DNA of 64,000 nucleotides from Candidatus Spyradenecus sp. (GTDB lineage Bacteria; Verrucomicrobiota; Kiritimatiellia; RFP12; DVOR01): NCBI GenBank assembly GCA_051884775.1, contig JBJEVY010000070.1, positions 2,033 to 66,032 of the forward strand, read 5' to 3'. Shown piece by piece: positions 63,902 to 64,000 of this stretch (position 1 is its first letter; each line of letters starts with the position of its first letter). The notes under the pieces were generated by a model. It saw only the letters and a program-made list of their open reading frames with translations, ran no database searches and was not told where the DNA came from. The position numbers and the translations under genes were made by a program.

Positions 63902-64000
63902 TTACTTGGCCACGAAGGGCTCAAGGTGCCAGATGTCGCGGGCGTATTCGGCGATGGTGCGGTCGCTGGAGAACTTGCCGGCGGAGGCGACGTTGATGAG
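63902..64000 (-). CDS. glgP: Alpha-glucan (glycogen) phosphorylase, C-terminal end only (gene continues beyond the window)
   Basis: Reverse-strand translation ...[32 protein letters not shown] matches the conserved GlgP/PYG C-terminus. Confidence 0.5.
   Translation of the reverse strand, partial: LINVASAGKFSSDRTIAEYARDIWHLEPFVAK

Overview
High-GC bacterial chromosomal segment. The gene content and giant repeat proteins suggest a Verrucomicrobia/PVC-like organism (inference). Most of the window is housekeeping: a DEAD-box helicase, Lrp plus aminotransferase, RluA-family pseudouridine synthase, PdxB, Hsp33, SPFH/NfeD, RNase III, PriA, the rpsP-trmD-rplS operon, TsaD, ComM/YifB, NadD, a RodZ-like protein, FtsK, ExbB/ExbD, ArgRS, GlnRS, PurM, tRNA-Gln(CTG) and tRNA-Thr(CGT). 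Embedded in this are several accessory or unusual items. (1) A 1907-aa cytoplasmic-looking protein carries an internal ABC1/UbiB-type atypical kinase domain, an architecture I do not recognise from characterised proteins. (2) A lower-GC islet encodes an AlwI/N.BstNBI-family Type IIS restriction endonuclease and a fused two-domain Dam-like adenine methyltransferase. (3) A ~1820-aa secreted beta-helix/adhesin-like repeat protein has a G9 homopolymer tract inside its promoter spacer, a candidate phase-variation switch. It also lies downstream of two arrays of 4 x 22-bp palindromic tandem repeats. (4) A second low-GC islet carries a RhuM-family gene. (5) Intergenic regions are rich in REP-like palindromic repeat families, heptanucleotide microsatellites, and a MITE-like element present in two copies. 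Many long ORFs in the provided track are antisense or low-complexity artefacts of the high GC content and were not called. No rRNA, CRISPR array, integrase or transposase was found.
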